From positions 1-34,352 of the IMG/VR virus record IMGVR_UViG_3300011335_000237: a stretch of 34,352 nt of DNA; one strand, written 5' to 3'. Position 1 is the stretch's first letter. The number at the start of each line of letters is the position of its first letter. The position numbers and the translations under genes are program-made. Shown in pieces: positions 9,882 to 16,866 of the stretch. The DNA is from a virus (taxonomy: Duplodnaviria; Caudoviricetes). The notes beneath the pieces are model-generated. The model was not told where the DNA came from and ran no database searches. It saw only the letters and a program-made list of their open reading frames with translations.

Positions 9882-10056
9882 CCCAGCCTTCCTTTAAATA
9901 GCCAAATTCTGAAGCATCGCATACTGCTCTCAAATCTAAACATACATCGCATTTGTCCACCCATATCCTATATTGGTGATCCTTTGGTTTATGGACTCCC
10001 CAGGTGCTACCACAAGGGGAGCAAACATTATCAGGCTGCTCCTGTGCTAGTTTCAT
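9859..10056 (-). CDS. Small zinc-finger-like protein
   Basis: CSPC and CDVC motifs. Confidence 0.65.
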   Translation of the reverse strand: MKLAQEQPDNVCSPCGSTWGVHKPKDHQYRIWVDKCDVCLDLRAVCDASEFGYLKEGWDGQKVVC

Positions 10057-10582
10057 TAAATTGGGCTTTCATTTCGTTGTATGCGTTAGTGATAGCATCT
10101 AAAAACTTAGCGTTTCCCTTGTATTTCTTGTAAGATTGAGCAAAGGCCACCTTGAGTTCGGCAGGGCTTTTTTGCGCCCTAATTTCTGCAATAGTAGCCG
10201 TTAGCGTATCTTCTGTATCTACATCATCCCACAAATCTTCCCCTACATATAGGCTTAATCCTAGACCATGTAGAGCTATTGCTTTAGCCAAACAACGCTG
10301 CATAGCAGTATTTAAGGCAAAGGCATCAGGGTTAGGCACAGCCTTATTGCGGTAGTCCATTACAGGCAACTGGGCGGTCATAGACTTGCCAAAGGCGGTT
10401 ACTGTACAAAAGACCATTACTGTATCGCCAAACGATACAGGCTGACCATAAGTCCATGTAGCCTCTGGATCGTGTTGCAACAATGTATCAACAGCCCATG
10501 CCCAGCTCAGATAACTAAGATTGTTTTTCTTTTCTATCTTGTCGGATACATCTATCTTTCGCAGCTCTAAATATTTGTTCAT
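10031..10582 (-). CDS. Sak/Rad52-like single-strand annealing protein (DUF1071 type)
   Basis: LSYLSWAWA, LPVMDYRNK, MQRCLAKAIALHGLGLSLYVGED motifs. Confidence 0.88.
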   Translation of the reverse strand: MNKYLELRKIDVSDKIEKKNNLSYLSWAWAVDTLLQHDPEATWTYGQPVSFGDTVMVFCTVTAFGKSMTAQLPVMDYRNKAVPNPDAFALNTAMQRCLAKAIALHGLGLSLYVGEDLWDDVDTEDTLTATIAEIRAQKSPAELKVAFAQSYKKYKGNAKFLDAITNAYNEMKAQFNETSTGAA

Positions 10583-10595
10583 TTTGATTCCTTCA

Positions 10596-10877
10596 CTATG
10601 TTAATCGGATCTCTGCTACTTTTTCCATGTAAGCCCAGCTATGGTAATACAGCTTACGGCCTAGGGACTCCCAGTCTTTTCTTGCTACACAATCACGAAT
10701 AAACTCTTGTAGATCTGTATCGTCTACATCTTGCCCAATAGACTCAGCAAAGTTTCCTAAATCTGTAGGATCAAACTCAGGGTCATTCTTGACTGCATCA
10801 TACAAACGCTCATCCAGTTGCTCTTGCTCTGCCTGGTCATCGTATGGGGCTTCATAATAAGAATTATTGTTGTACAT
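10596..10877 (-). CDS. Acidic hypothetical early protein
   Basis: 93 aa, GGAG RBS, Asp/Glu-rich. Confidence 0.7.
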   Translation of the reverse strand: MYNNNSYYEAPYDDQAEQEQLDERLYDAVKNDPEFDPTDLGNFAESIGQDVDDTDLQEFIRDCVARKDWESLGRKLYYHSWAYMEKVAEIRLT

Positions 10878-11057
10878 TTATCTTCTCCATGAGTTGTTAA
10901 AGTTGTTGTAGAACAAGAACGCTGGGGGATTCTGCATAGGACAATCATTAGTCTTATAACAAGGTGTTTGATCTACTACATCGGTCTTATAGCGTTTAAT
11001 GGGGATAGGCGCACAGCCTACTAATGAGATCGCTAGGATCAGGATTAATGTTCTCAT
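10878..11057 (-). CDS. 59-aa lipoprotein (MRTLILILAISLVGC-APIPIKRYK...), not in ORF track
   Basis: Read manually; basic residue, hydrophobic core and LVGC lipobox. Confidence 0.75.
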   Translation of the reverse strand: MRTLILILAISLVGCAPIPIKRYKTDVVDQTPCYKTNDCPMQNPPAFLFYNNFNNSWRR

Positions 11058-11149
11058 ATTGTATAAACACCAATACGAAAGCCATACACAGTAATTACAA
11101 AAGCTACGATTACAAACCCTAATATGCCACCTAAAATAAAGTCTTTCAT
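11054..11149 (-). CDS. 31-aa single-TM peptide (MKDFILGGILGFVIVAFVITVYGFRIGVYTI), first gene of leftward operon
   Basis: Read manually; strong AAGGAG RBS, ATGA coupling to lipoprotein gene. Confidence 0.7.
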   Translation of the reverse strand: MKDFILGGILGFVIVAFVITVYGFRIGVYTI

Positions 11150-11306
11150 TTTGCTACTCCTTCACGAGTTGTTAAAAAGTGCTGCTGAGAGAAATCTTAA
11201 ACCACAAATGTAGAGATTTTTCACCTTTATAAAAATAAATATTTAGTGTTGCTTTTTTGCACAGTTTTTAGATGGTGTAGAATAAAATGTCTACAAAGGA
11301 GCATAT
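11150..11306. promoter_or_regulatory. Divergent early promoter/operator region
   Basis: AT-rich gap between divergent operons; TAAGAT on - strand (11194-11199), TAGAAT on + strand (11278-11283), inverted repeat TGTAGA-N8-TCTACA at 11276-11295. Confidence 0.7.
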
Positions 11307-11513
11307 ATGAATACTGTTGTAAATCTGCCACAAACAAGTTCATTCGACAAATTGATGACCGAATTTGGGACTATCAAGATCCTATGCGAAAAAATAGGGG
11401 TTAAGTATGTAACGGCCTATGCTTGGAAGATGCGTAATGGCATCCCTAAGAAATGGCATACAGCGATCATAGAGGCATCAGAAGGAAGATTGACAGAGAA
11501 TGACCTCGGTTAG
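11307..11513 (+). CDS. Cro/YdaS-like HTH transcription regulator
   Basis: 68 aa; FGTIKILCEKIGVKYVTAYAWKMRNGIP HTH pattern; first gene of rightward operon; AAGGAG RBS. Confidence 0.8.
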   Translation: MNTVVNLPQTSSFDKLMTEFGTIKILCEKIGVKYVTAYAWKMRNGIPKKWHTAIIEASEGRLTENDLG

Positions 11514-11817
11514 CCAAAATGCTCGCACAATCTCTTTAATGGAGTCTAGAGGATATAAGTGCGACCTAGTGGAATCCTACAATCACTTCTCAAGAAGGAA
11601 AAAGGATTTATTCAATATTTTTGACATCCTAGCTATCGGCAATGGGGAAACAGTTGGTATCCAGATTACTAGCAAATCCAATATGTCCTCTAGGATTAAG
11701 AAGATTAGTGAGTCTGAATTCTTGCCAGAGCTAGTGCGGTCTGGCTGGAAGATCCTAGTTCTAGGATGGTTTAAGCAGCCTAATGGCAGATGGGCTTGCA
11801 AAGAGTTTGAATTTTGA
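11500..11817 (+). CDS. PD-(D/E)xK nuclease, probable Holliday junction resolvase (VRR-NUC/Hjc-like)
   Basis: RGY, KDLFNIFDILAI, GIQIT motifs. Confidence 0.65.
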   Translation: MTSVSQNARTISLMESRGYKCDLVESYNHFSRRKKDLFNIFDILAIGNGETVGIQITSKSNMSSRIKKISESEFLPELVRSGWKILVLGWFKQPNGRWACKEFEF

Positions 11818-12206
11818 AATTATGTAAAGATTGTTTGTCTAGCTTTATAAGATCTAAAGCTGGCAAAGAGGCAAAAAAACTAGGTCTTTATGGAAAAGGC
11901 AAGTGGGATAAGGCTTTGTATCACAACGAGTTAACTAAAAAGTGTTTAAAGCACCATGCCCAGGCTTTAGCTGATGGAGCTGCAAGACGAGCTGGAATTG
12001 ATAAAGCAACGCCTAAATGGGCTGATAGAAACAAGATAAAAAATATTTATCAGGAATGTATTGCTAAAACAAAACTTAGTGGCATAAAATACGAAGTCGA
12101 TCACATCGTTCCATTAAAAGGAAAAAATGTAAGTGGCCTTCATGTACATTGGAACTTGGCGATCATTAAGGCTGTAGAGAATAGAAGTAAAAGCAATAAG
12201 GTCTAA
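11814..12206 (+). CDS. HNH endonuclease
   Basis: YEVDHIVPLKGKNVSGLHVHWNL...ENRSKSNK HNH motif; ATPKWA segment; N-terminal CxxC; TTG start. Confidence 0.9.
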   Translation: MKLCKDCLSSFIRSKAGKEAKKLGLYGKGKWDKALYHNELTKKCLKHHAQALADGAARRAGIDKATPKWADRNKIKNIYQECIAKTKLSGIKYEVDHIVPLKGKNVSGLHVHWNLAIIKAVENRSKSNKV

Positions 12207-12396
12207 ATAGGCGGCTCTAACGACATCGTAGCTATTTAGATACAAGCGTTACTAGCAGGGTAGAGGATGTAATAGCGCAATACGGATGGCGAAGCCAGAG
12301 TCCGTTCCTCGTAAGTCTGGCGGGTTCTGTAACTCCGATGGAGCAGATGAAGGCGAATCTAGGTAGGCTAGGTTCGTTCACCGAAAGAGCAGTAAC
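12202..12396 (+). ncRNA. Candidate structured non-coding RNA or ssDNA element of unknown class
   Basis: No ORF; about 51% GC by hand count; at least seven nested complementary segments including G-U/T pairs favouring the + strand. Confidence 0.55.
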
Positions 12397-12400
12397 CTTA

Positions 12401-12550
12401 CTAAAGACTAATACAATCTATATATATCAATACTTATATGTATAAATTTATAAGAATCTTATACAGGTTTATGCTTTTTACATAACTTTTCCTATTGGTA
12501 AAGTGCATGAAACTTTAATAAAAAAATGTAGCGTATATGCTGCAAAAATA
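12401..12550. other. AT-rich palindromic tract, candidate replication origin unwinding element
   Basis: About 23% GC by hand count; palindromes TATAAATTTATA (12441-12452) and TATAAGA-A-TCTTATA (12449-12463). Confidence 0.4.
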
Positions 12551-12556
12551 AAACAC

Positions 12557-12586
12557 TTGCATCAATGTAGATTTGTAGATTAAGAT
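12557..12586 (+). promoter_or_regulatory. Sigma70-like promoter
   Basis: TTGCAT-18 bp-TAAGAT, spacer holds TGTAGAT twice; ATG follows 7 nt later. Confidence 0.55.
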
Positions 12587-12593
12587 CTAAGTT

Positions 12594-12926
12594 ATGAGAG
12601 AAATTAGAAAATCCATGACTGGTCTATGTGCCGATGCCAGCAGTTGTTTTCCTACTTGGCAAAAGAAATCCCTTAAGCTAGATTGGCTAAAGAATAGAGT
12701 TCTCTACAAGGGAACTACTAACCTTGGGGAGATTATTTGTACGCCTGTGTTCTTTGGTACAGACGAGCATAAAACAGGGCTAATAATGGATGCTGTTACT
12801 GGTACTTGCTACAAAGGTAGTAAATGTTGCACATCCGATACATTAGAGTTGCTTTCCTACAAGCCAAAGCAAGGCCTAGATAAAGAACTTTTAGCCATGC
12901 GTAGCAATAAAACCCTAGGAGTATAA
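12594..12926 (+). CDS. Hypothetical protein
   Basis: 110-aa ORF abutting the next gene. Confidence 0.65.
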   Translation: MREIRKSMTGLCADASSCFPTWQKKSLKLDWLKNRVLYKGTTNLGEIICTPVFFGTDEHKTGLIMDAVTGTCYKGSKCCTSDTLELLSYKPKQGLDKELLAMRSNKTLGV

Positions 12927-13274
12927 ATGTTAGAGCCAATACCTTTTGCTGGAATGGTAGAGATTGATGAATCTTTTGATAGAACTGCAAGCCACATGGC
13001 TGGTGAGTATGTTTCCAATACTGAACCAGTAGCGTGGATGCAATCCAAAACAACAGAATTACCTGATGGGTGCGAATGTATGCAATCTGTTGGATTTTTT
13101 CAAGCAAATGATGACGATATTCCACTCTATACCCATCCAGTACAGCTAACAGATGAGGAAATATTAAAAGAAGCTGAAAGTTATGGAATGAATGAAAAAT
13201 TTATACAAGATGCACCTTTATTCCATGCAATCAAGTTTGCTAGAGCAATACTAAGAAAAGCACAAGAGAAATGA
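12927..13274 (+). CDS. Accessory protein of Ead/Ea22-region type
   Basis: EPVAW...IPLYTHP...LTDEEI...FARAI mosaic motifs; AGGAG RBS. Confidence 0.7.
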   Translation: MLEPIPFAGMVEIDESFDRTASHMAGEYVSNTEPVAWMQSKTTELPDGCECMQSVGFFQANDDDIPLYTHPVQLTDEEILKEAESYGMNEKFIQDAPLFHAIKFARAILRKAQEK

Positions 13275-13381
13275 AGTGCAAACTTAAAGGATGTAATCAA
13301 AGTAGGTTTTGGAGATTATGGGCTATGCGTTATTGCTATGAACACGCTTTTAAATATGCTAGAAAGGAACAAGAGAAATGA
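13271..13381 (+). CDS. 36-aa Cys/His peptide (MKCKLKGC...YCYEH...RKEQEK), not in ORF track
   Basis: Read manually; C-x4-C...C-x2-H pattern, ATGA coupling. Confidence 0.55.
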   Translation: MKCKLKGCNQSRFWRLWAMRYCYEHAFKYARKEQEK

Positions 13382-13443
13382 GTTTTACAATCCATACGCA
13401 TGATGGCATGAAAGCATGAAAAACTTTAAGGAGATACTTCTAC

Positions 13444-13683
13444 ATGAAGTTGCTGAAAGACAACGCCTGGAACAAGTTGAGGGCAGCAAAGTGGATAGGA
13501 ACAATCCTGTGTTTGATCGGGATATTTCTCACCTCATTAAATTTCTACCCAATCAACCTTCATTTTGGTTTAATAGGTAGTGCGGTATGGGCGTTAGTTG
13601 GTATTTATCAAGAAGATATACCATTGTTCGTTGTAGAATTTGTAGCAGTTTTATTTTATGTAATTGGTATCTATTACTCGTGA
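13444..13683 (+). CDS. Small multi-pass membrane protein
   Basis: Three hydrophobic helices in 79 aa; AAGGAG upstream. Confidence 0.65.
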   Translation: MKLLKDNAWNKLRAAKWIGTILCLIGIFLTSLNFYPINLHFGLIGSAVWALVGIYQEDIPLFVVEFVAVLFYVIGIYYS

Positions 13684-13693
13684 AGGAGCAATA

Positions 13694-14086
13694 ATGTCAG
13701 ATTTATTTGAGCAGTTTTGGAGTATGTATCCTAGAAAAGTTAGCAAGCGGATGGCGCATCGTAGCTTTTATAAGCTAACGCCAGCAGAGCGAGAGCAAGC
13801 AGTAGAGGCTTTGCCAAACCATATTGCATACTGGAAGTCAAAGAATACGGAGCTGGAGTATATCTGCCATGCAACCACTTGGTTAAACCAGTATAGGTTT
13901 GAGGATGAAATCGTAATAGAAGAACCAAAACAAAATAAACGGCCTGAGTTGCCTTGGTATAGCTCAGAAGAACTCACAATGAAAAAAGCTCAAGAGATAG
14001 GAGTCCAGGCTTATGCTGGAGAAGGATGGCAACAATGGAGAGCAAGGATCAGCCAGCGACTTAAACAACTCGAAGAACAAACATAG
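13694..14086 (+). CDS. Putative replication initiator/helicase-loader-like protein
   Basis: FEQFWSMYPRKVSK...YICHATTWLNQYRFEDE matches the C-terminal domain of many phage replication organisers; likely start 13694 after AAGGAG. Confidence 0.65.
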   Translation: MSDLFEQFWSMYPRKVSKRMAHRSFYKLTPAEREQAVEALPNHIAYWKSKNTELEYICHATTWLNQYRFEDEIVIEEPKQNKRPELPWYSSEELTMKKAQEIGVQAYAGEGWQQWRARISQRLKQLEEQT

Positions 14087-14312
14087 TGAGGAATGGCGTA
14101 ACGAATGTGAGGCTAGAGAGCTACTAACATGGCCTATAGCTACCAGACGAAAACAACTAGCATTAGTATTAGAAAAGCGTGGATGGGAAGCAACACTTAA
14201 ACTAAAAGACGAAATGGAAAGACAATGGAAATTGACCCGAGCAAAGCAGTCCAATTTATCTACGAACAATCAGGAGTCTTTGCAGCAGCCAAAGCAGATA
14301 GAACTTATATAG
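14013..14312 (+). CDS. Hypothetical protein (SEEWRNECEAR motif)
   Basis: Fills the gap between neighbours and overlaps both; start uncertain. Confidence 0.55.
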   Translation: MLEKDGNNGEQGSASDLNNSKNKHSEEWRNECEARELLTWPIATRRKQLALVLEKRGWEATLKLKDEMERQWKLTRAKQSNLSTNNQESLQQPKQIELI

Positions 14313-14551
14313 AAAACTATCTGAGATCAGCTAAGAGTCGGCTCATGCTGGAATCTACAGCCCCTAGCATTGCTGCTAAAGAGATGGAAGCCTACGCTAC
14401 AGATGACTATGTAAAGCTCTTAGAAGGGCTAAAAGAGGCTGTAGAAGTAGAAGAAACATTAAGATGGAAATTAATAGCAGCTCAAGCCAGAATTGAAATA
14501 TGGCGCAGTCAAGAGGCTACTAATCGTACTATCGATAGGGCTACACAATGA
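14225..14551 (+). CDS. Helical hypothetical protein (nin-type region)
   Basis: 108 aa coiled-coil, IEIWRSQEATNR C-terminus. Confidence 0.7.
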   Translation: MEIDPSKAVQFIYEQSGVFAAAKADRTYIENYLRSAKSRLMLESTAPSIAAKEMEAYATDDYVKLLEGLKEAVEVEETLRWKLIAAQARIEIWRSQEATNRTIDRATQ

Positions 14552-14631
14552 GCGATCTTCCTTACTATATAGGTATATTTATAATTGCATCTACAATAGT
14601 TTCTATATGGCTTGCTTTTAATGGTAACTAA
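14548..14631 (+). CDS. 27-aa single-TM peptide (MSDLPYYIGIFIIASTIVSIWLAFNGN)
   Basis: Read manually; ATGA coupling; hydrophobic. Confidence 0.5.
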   Translation: MSDLPYYIGIFIIASTIVSIWLAFNGN

Positions 14632-14911
14632 AAATGAAAAGATCGCACTCAATAAGATTGCAGAACTCGGATGTATTCTATGCTCCGAAGTCCTTGGGAT
14701 TGAAAGCAGATCGGCAGCAGAACTCCATCATGTGCGGAGATTTGGAGCTGTTAGGGCTACATCCCCGATCTTGCCTTTATGCCCAGAGCATCATAGGGGA
14801 AACTCTGGCCTTCACGGAATGGGTGTCAAGCGTTTTGAAAGAGAATACAAAATATCCTGTGAGGAGTTGCTGGAGCGAGTCAGTCAGAAACTTGGAAAGG
14901 ATGATAAGTGA
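14621..14911 (+). CDS. Ref-like recombination-enhancement HNH nuclease
   Basis: GCILC...ELHHVR...LPLCPEHHRG...GLHG motif set. Confidence 0.8.
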   Translation: MVTKNEKIALNKIAELGCILCSEVLGIESRSAAELHHVRRFGAVRATSPILPLCPEHHRGNSGLHGMGVKRFEREYKISCEELLERVSQKLGKDDK

Positions 14912-15078
14912 ACGAAACGAATAAAATTGTTAATGAGCTAGTAGACCTATATACAGGCAAGGTAGTAACTCAGCATGAAAATGAAGTCTTATTTAGGGTC
15001 GTTAAACTAATCAGAGATCTAGAGGATCAGTCTAAGATGTATAAGTCGCTATTACCGACTAGCGAAGGTCAGCATTAA
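14908..15078 (+). CDS. 56-aa hypothetical protein, not in ORF track
   Basis: GTG start coupled to previous stop, AAGGA RBS, open to TAA 15076-15078. Confidence 0.55.
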   Translation: MNETNKIVNELVDLYTGKVVTQHENEVLFRVVKLIRDLEDQSKMYKSLLPTSEGQH

Positions 15079-15422
15079 AGCTCTAAACTATCCCAGCCAA
15101 ACTCCCTGGCTACTTGCCTAGTACGAGTTCTAAAGGCTGTGCCATGCTTGTCCCATGCCCCTGTTTTCCAAAAGCTCATGTGTACTATCTCATGGGCTAA
15201 ACTTCTTTGAATAGTATCAAAATGTTCATTCTTTAATCTGCTAATGGTAATGATATGTGGCTTTTCTATCTCATCGTCAAAACGATAAGTAGCCATTGCA
15301 TCTTTTTCCCTAGTAACCTTAAATGTAATTAGCTCTGGTGGTGGCAGATCCCAATTACGCATAGGATGACAAGATGCCATACAAAGATAAAGATTCTCAA
15401 GAATAAGAGGTGTTATCTTCAT
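15075..15422 (-). CDS. SprT-like zinc metalloprotease
   Basis: LAHEIVHM (HExxH) and downstream HGTAF third-ligand motif. Confidence 0.75.
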   Translation of the reverse strand: MKITPLILENLYLCMASCHPMRNWDLPPPELITFKVTREKDAMATYRFDDEIEKPHIITISRLKNEHFDTIQRSLAHEIVHMSFWKTGAWDKHGTAFRTRTRQVAREFGWDSLEL

Positions 15423-16399
15423 ACCTTATTAATACATCCCCTAAATTCAAACTCACCATTCTGTTCATCTGTAACCATAATTAGCTCAGGCATTAACATA
15501 CGGCCTTGATCGAAGGAAAGCATTGCAAAGCCACTACGCCAATCTTTAGGGCTATCCTCGCAGTATTCAAAGGTGGCACTTAATGGATCAGCCAGGCATC
15601 CAGTCTGAATACCCCAAAAAGTTCCTTGGTAATTGCTTATAGGAGAGGCGCATAAAACATGAGTATGCCCAGTAATAATATTAGTATTGCCAGCAGCAAC
15701 TAAGTTTGAATATCCAGCAGTACGACCACCTTTGTATCGGTGTTTTACTATTGTATTTTCCCCAATCCAAAACGACCAACAAGTTTCCCAATTAGGAAAA
15801 TGGTATTTAAGGCTAAAACCATCTACACCAGAATACTCAGGAACTTTATTAACTAGCCATGCCTCATAGCGCATATCGTGATTACCAAGAGTCCAAATTA
15901 AACGACAGCCAGGCGGTCTATGTTTTTCTATCTCATCTAAATGCCAACGACAAGCATTAAGCTCCTCTAAAACTGTAGGTTTTTGATCGTAATTGATAGA
16001 TGGAAAACGGCTAAGAACTTGTCCATCAAAAGCATCACCATTACAAATAATTACTTCTGGCTTAAAAGTATCAATCATTAGTAATAAGGCTTTAAATGCA
16101 GTAGTAGTGGTATCTGTAAAATGAGCATCTGAAAATACAATAACTCGTTTAACTTTATCTACATCTATTCCTCTGCGTACATTGTGCGGAGTTTGTTCTA
16201 TCTTTTTTAGTTTTTCTTTTTTAGGATCTCTCATTGAGGCATGAGTAGGAAGTTTGATGTCGTATCTAATCTCAAGGCTTGCTCTGCGATTAAGTGCGCT
16301 CCTAGGGTTAATACCTAACTCTTTTGCTACTAATGTAGGAGATCCTAATCGTTTCCAGCACTCTATGAATTTTTGATCTTCTTTATCAGATTGTTTCAT
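15419..16399 (-). CDS. Calcineurin-like metallophosphoesterase with N-terminal HTH-like segment
   Basis: SDAH, GDAFD, GNHD, GHTH motifs; likely start 16399 (MKQSDK) after AAAGGT. Confidence 0.88.
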   Translation of the reverse strand: MKQSDKEDQKFIECWKRLGSPTLVAKELGINPRSALNRRASLEIRYDIKLPTHASMRDPKKEKLKKIEQTPHNVRRGIDVDKVKRVIVFSDAHFTDTTTTAFKALLLMIDTFKPEVIICNGDAFDGQVLSRFPSINYDQKPTVLEELNACRWHLDEIEKHRPPGCRLIWTLGNHDMRYEAWLVNKVPEYSGVDGFSLKYHFPNWETCWSFWIGENTIVKHRYKGGRTAGYSNLVAAGNTNIITGHTHVLCASPISNYQGTFWGIQTGCLADPLSATFEYCEDSPKDWRSGFAMLSFDQGRMLMPELIMVTDEQNGEFEFRGCINKV

Positions 16400-16461
16400 A
16401 TCTACCTTTGTTATAAGATATTGAATATAATACAATAAATTAATTAAAATTAAATGACAAC

Positions 16462-16866
16462 ATGGAACAGAGGCTAAAAAATTGGGCTTGGTATGTTACT
16501 TGGGGTGTTATTGGCCCACAAGTGGAAACTACTTGTCGCAGTTTTGAAAAGAACTATGTCCCAGAGCTGGGCAATTTATACGCAGACCCAGAGCCACACT
16601 ACGAGCCAGACCATGTAGATGGAGATCTGATAGAGCAGGCAATTAAGGGTTTGCCATTACAACTAAGACAAGTGCTTAAAATGAGGTATGTCAGCCATCC
16701 CTATGCCTCACTAAACCAGTTAGCGCATAATGCTAGAACGACACCTCATAAATTAGAAACAGATTTACATAATGCAAAAAAACGACTCCAGCAAGAACTG
16801 GATAAGAAAGCCAAGTCAAATTACCATCAGAACTTGTACAAGTTGCAAGATCAGAAAAACGACTAA
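16462..16866 (+). CDS. Antiterminator Q-like/late transcription regulator
   Basis: EQRLKNWAWY start and C-terminal sigma region 4-like HTH; directly precedes late genes. Confidence 0.65.
   Translation: MEQRLKNWAWYVTWGVIGPQVETTCRSFEKNYVPELGNLYADPEPHYEPDHVDGDLIEQAIKGLPLQLRQVLKMRYVSHPYASLNQLAHNARTTPHKLETDLHNAKKRLQQELDKKAKSNYHQNLYKLQDQKND

Noticed and set aside
11814-12396. IscB/HEARO or TnpB OMEGA system
   Set aside because: Protein is 130 aa with no RuvC motifs or PLMP domain and there is no transposase
12202-12396. tRNA or tmRNA
   Set aside because: GGTTCG is present but there is no cloverleaf geometry, T-loop closure or CCA end
11814-12420. Group I intron carrying the HNH
   Set aside because: AGACTA near 12405 resembles the R element, but I found no matching S element (P7 partner) and no interrupted exon pair
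14634-14924. Alternative-frame 96-aa ORF
   Set aside because: Overlaps the motif-supported Ref-like gene and has no recognisable features
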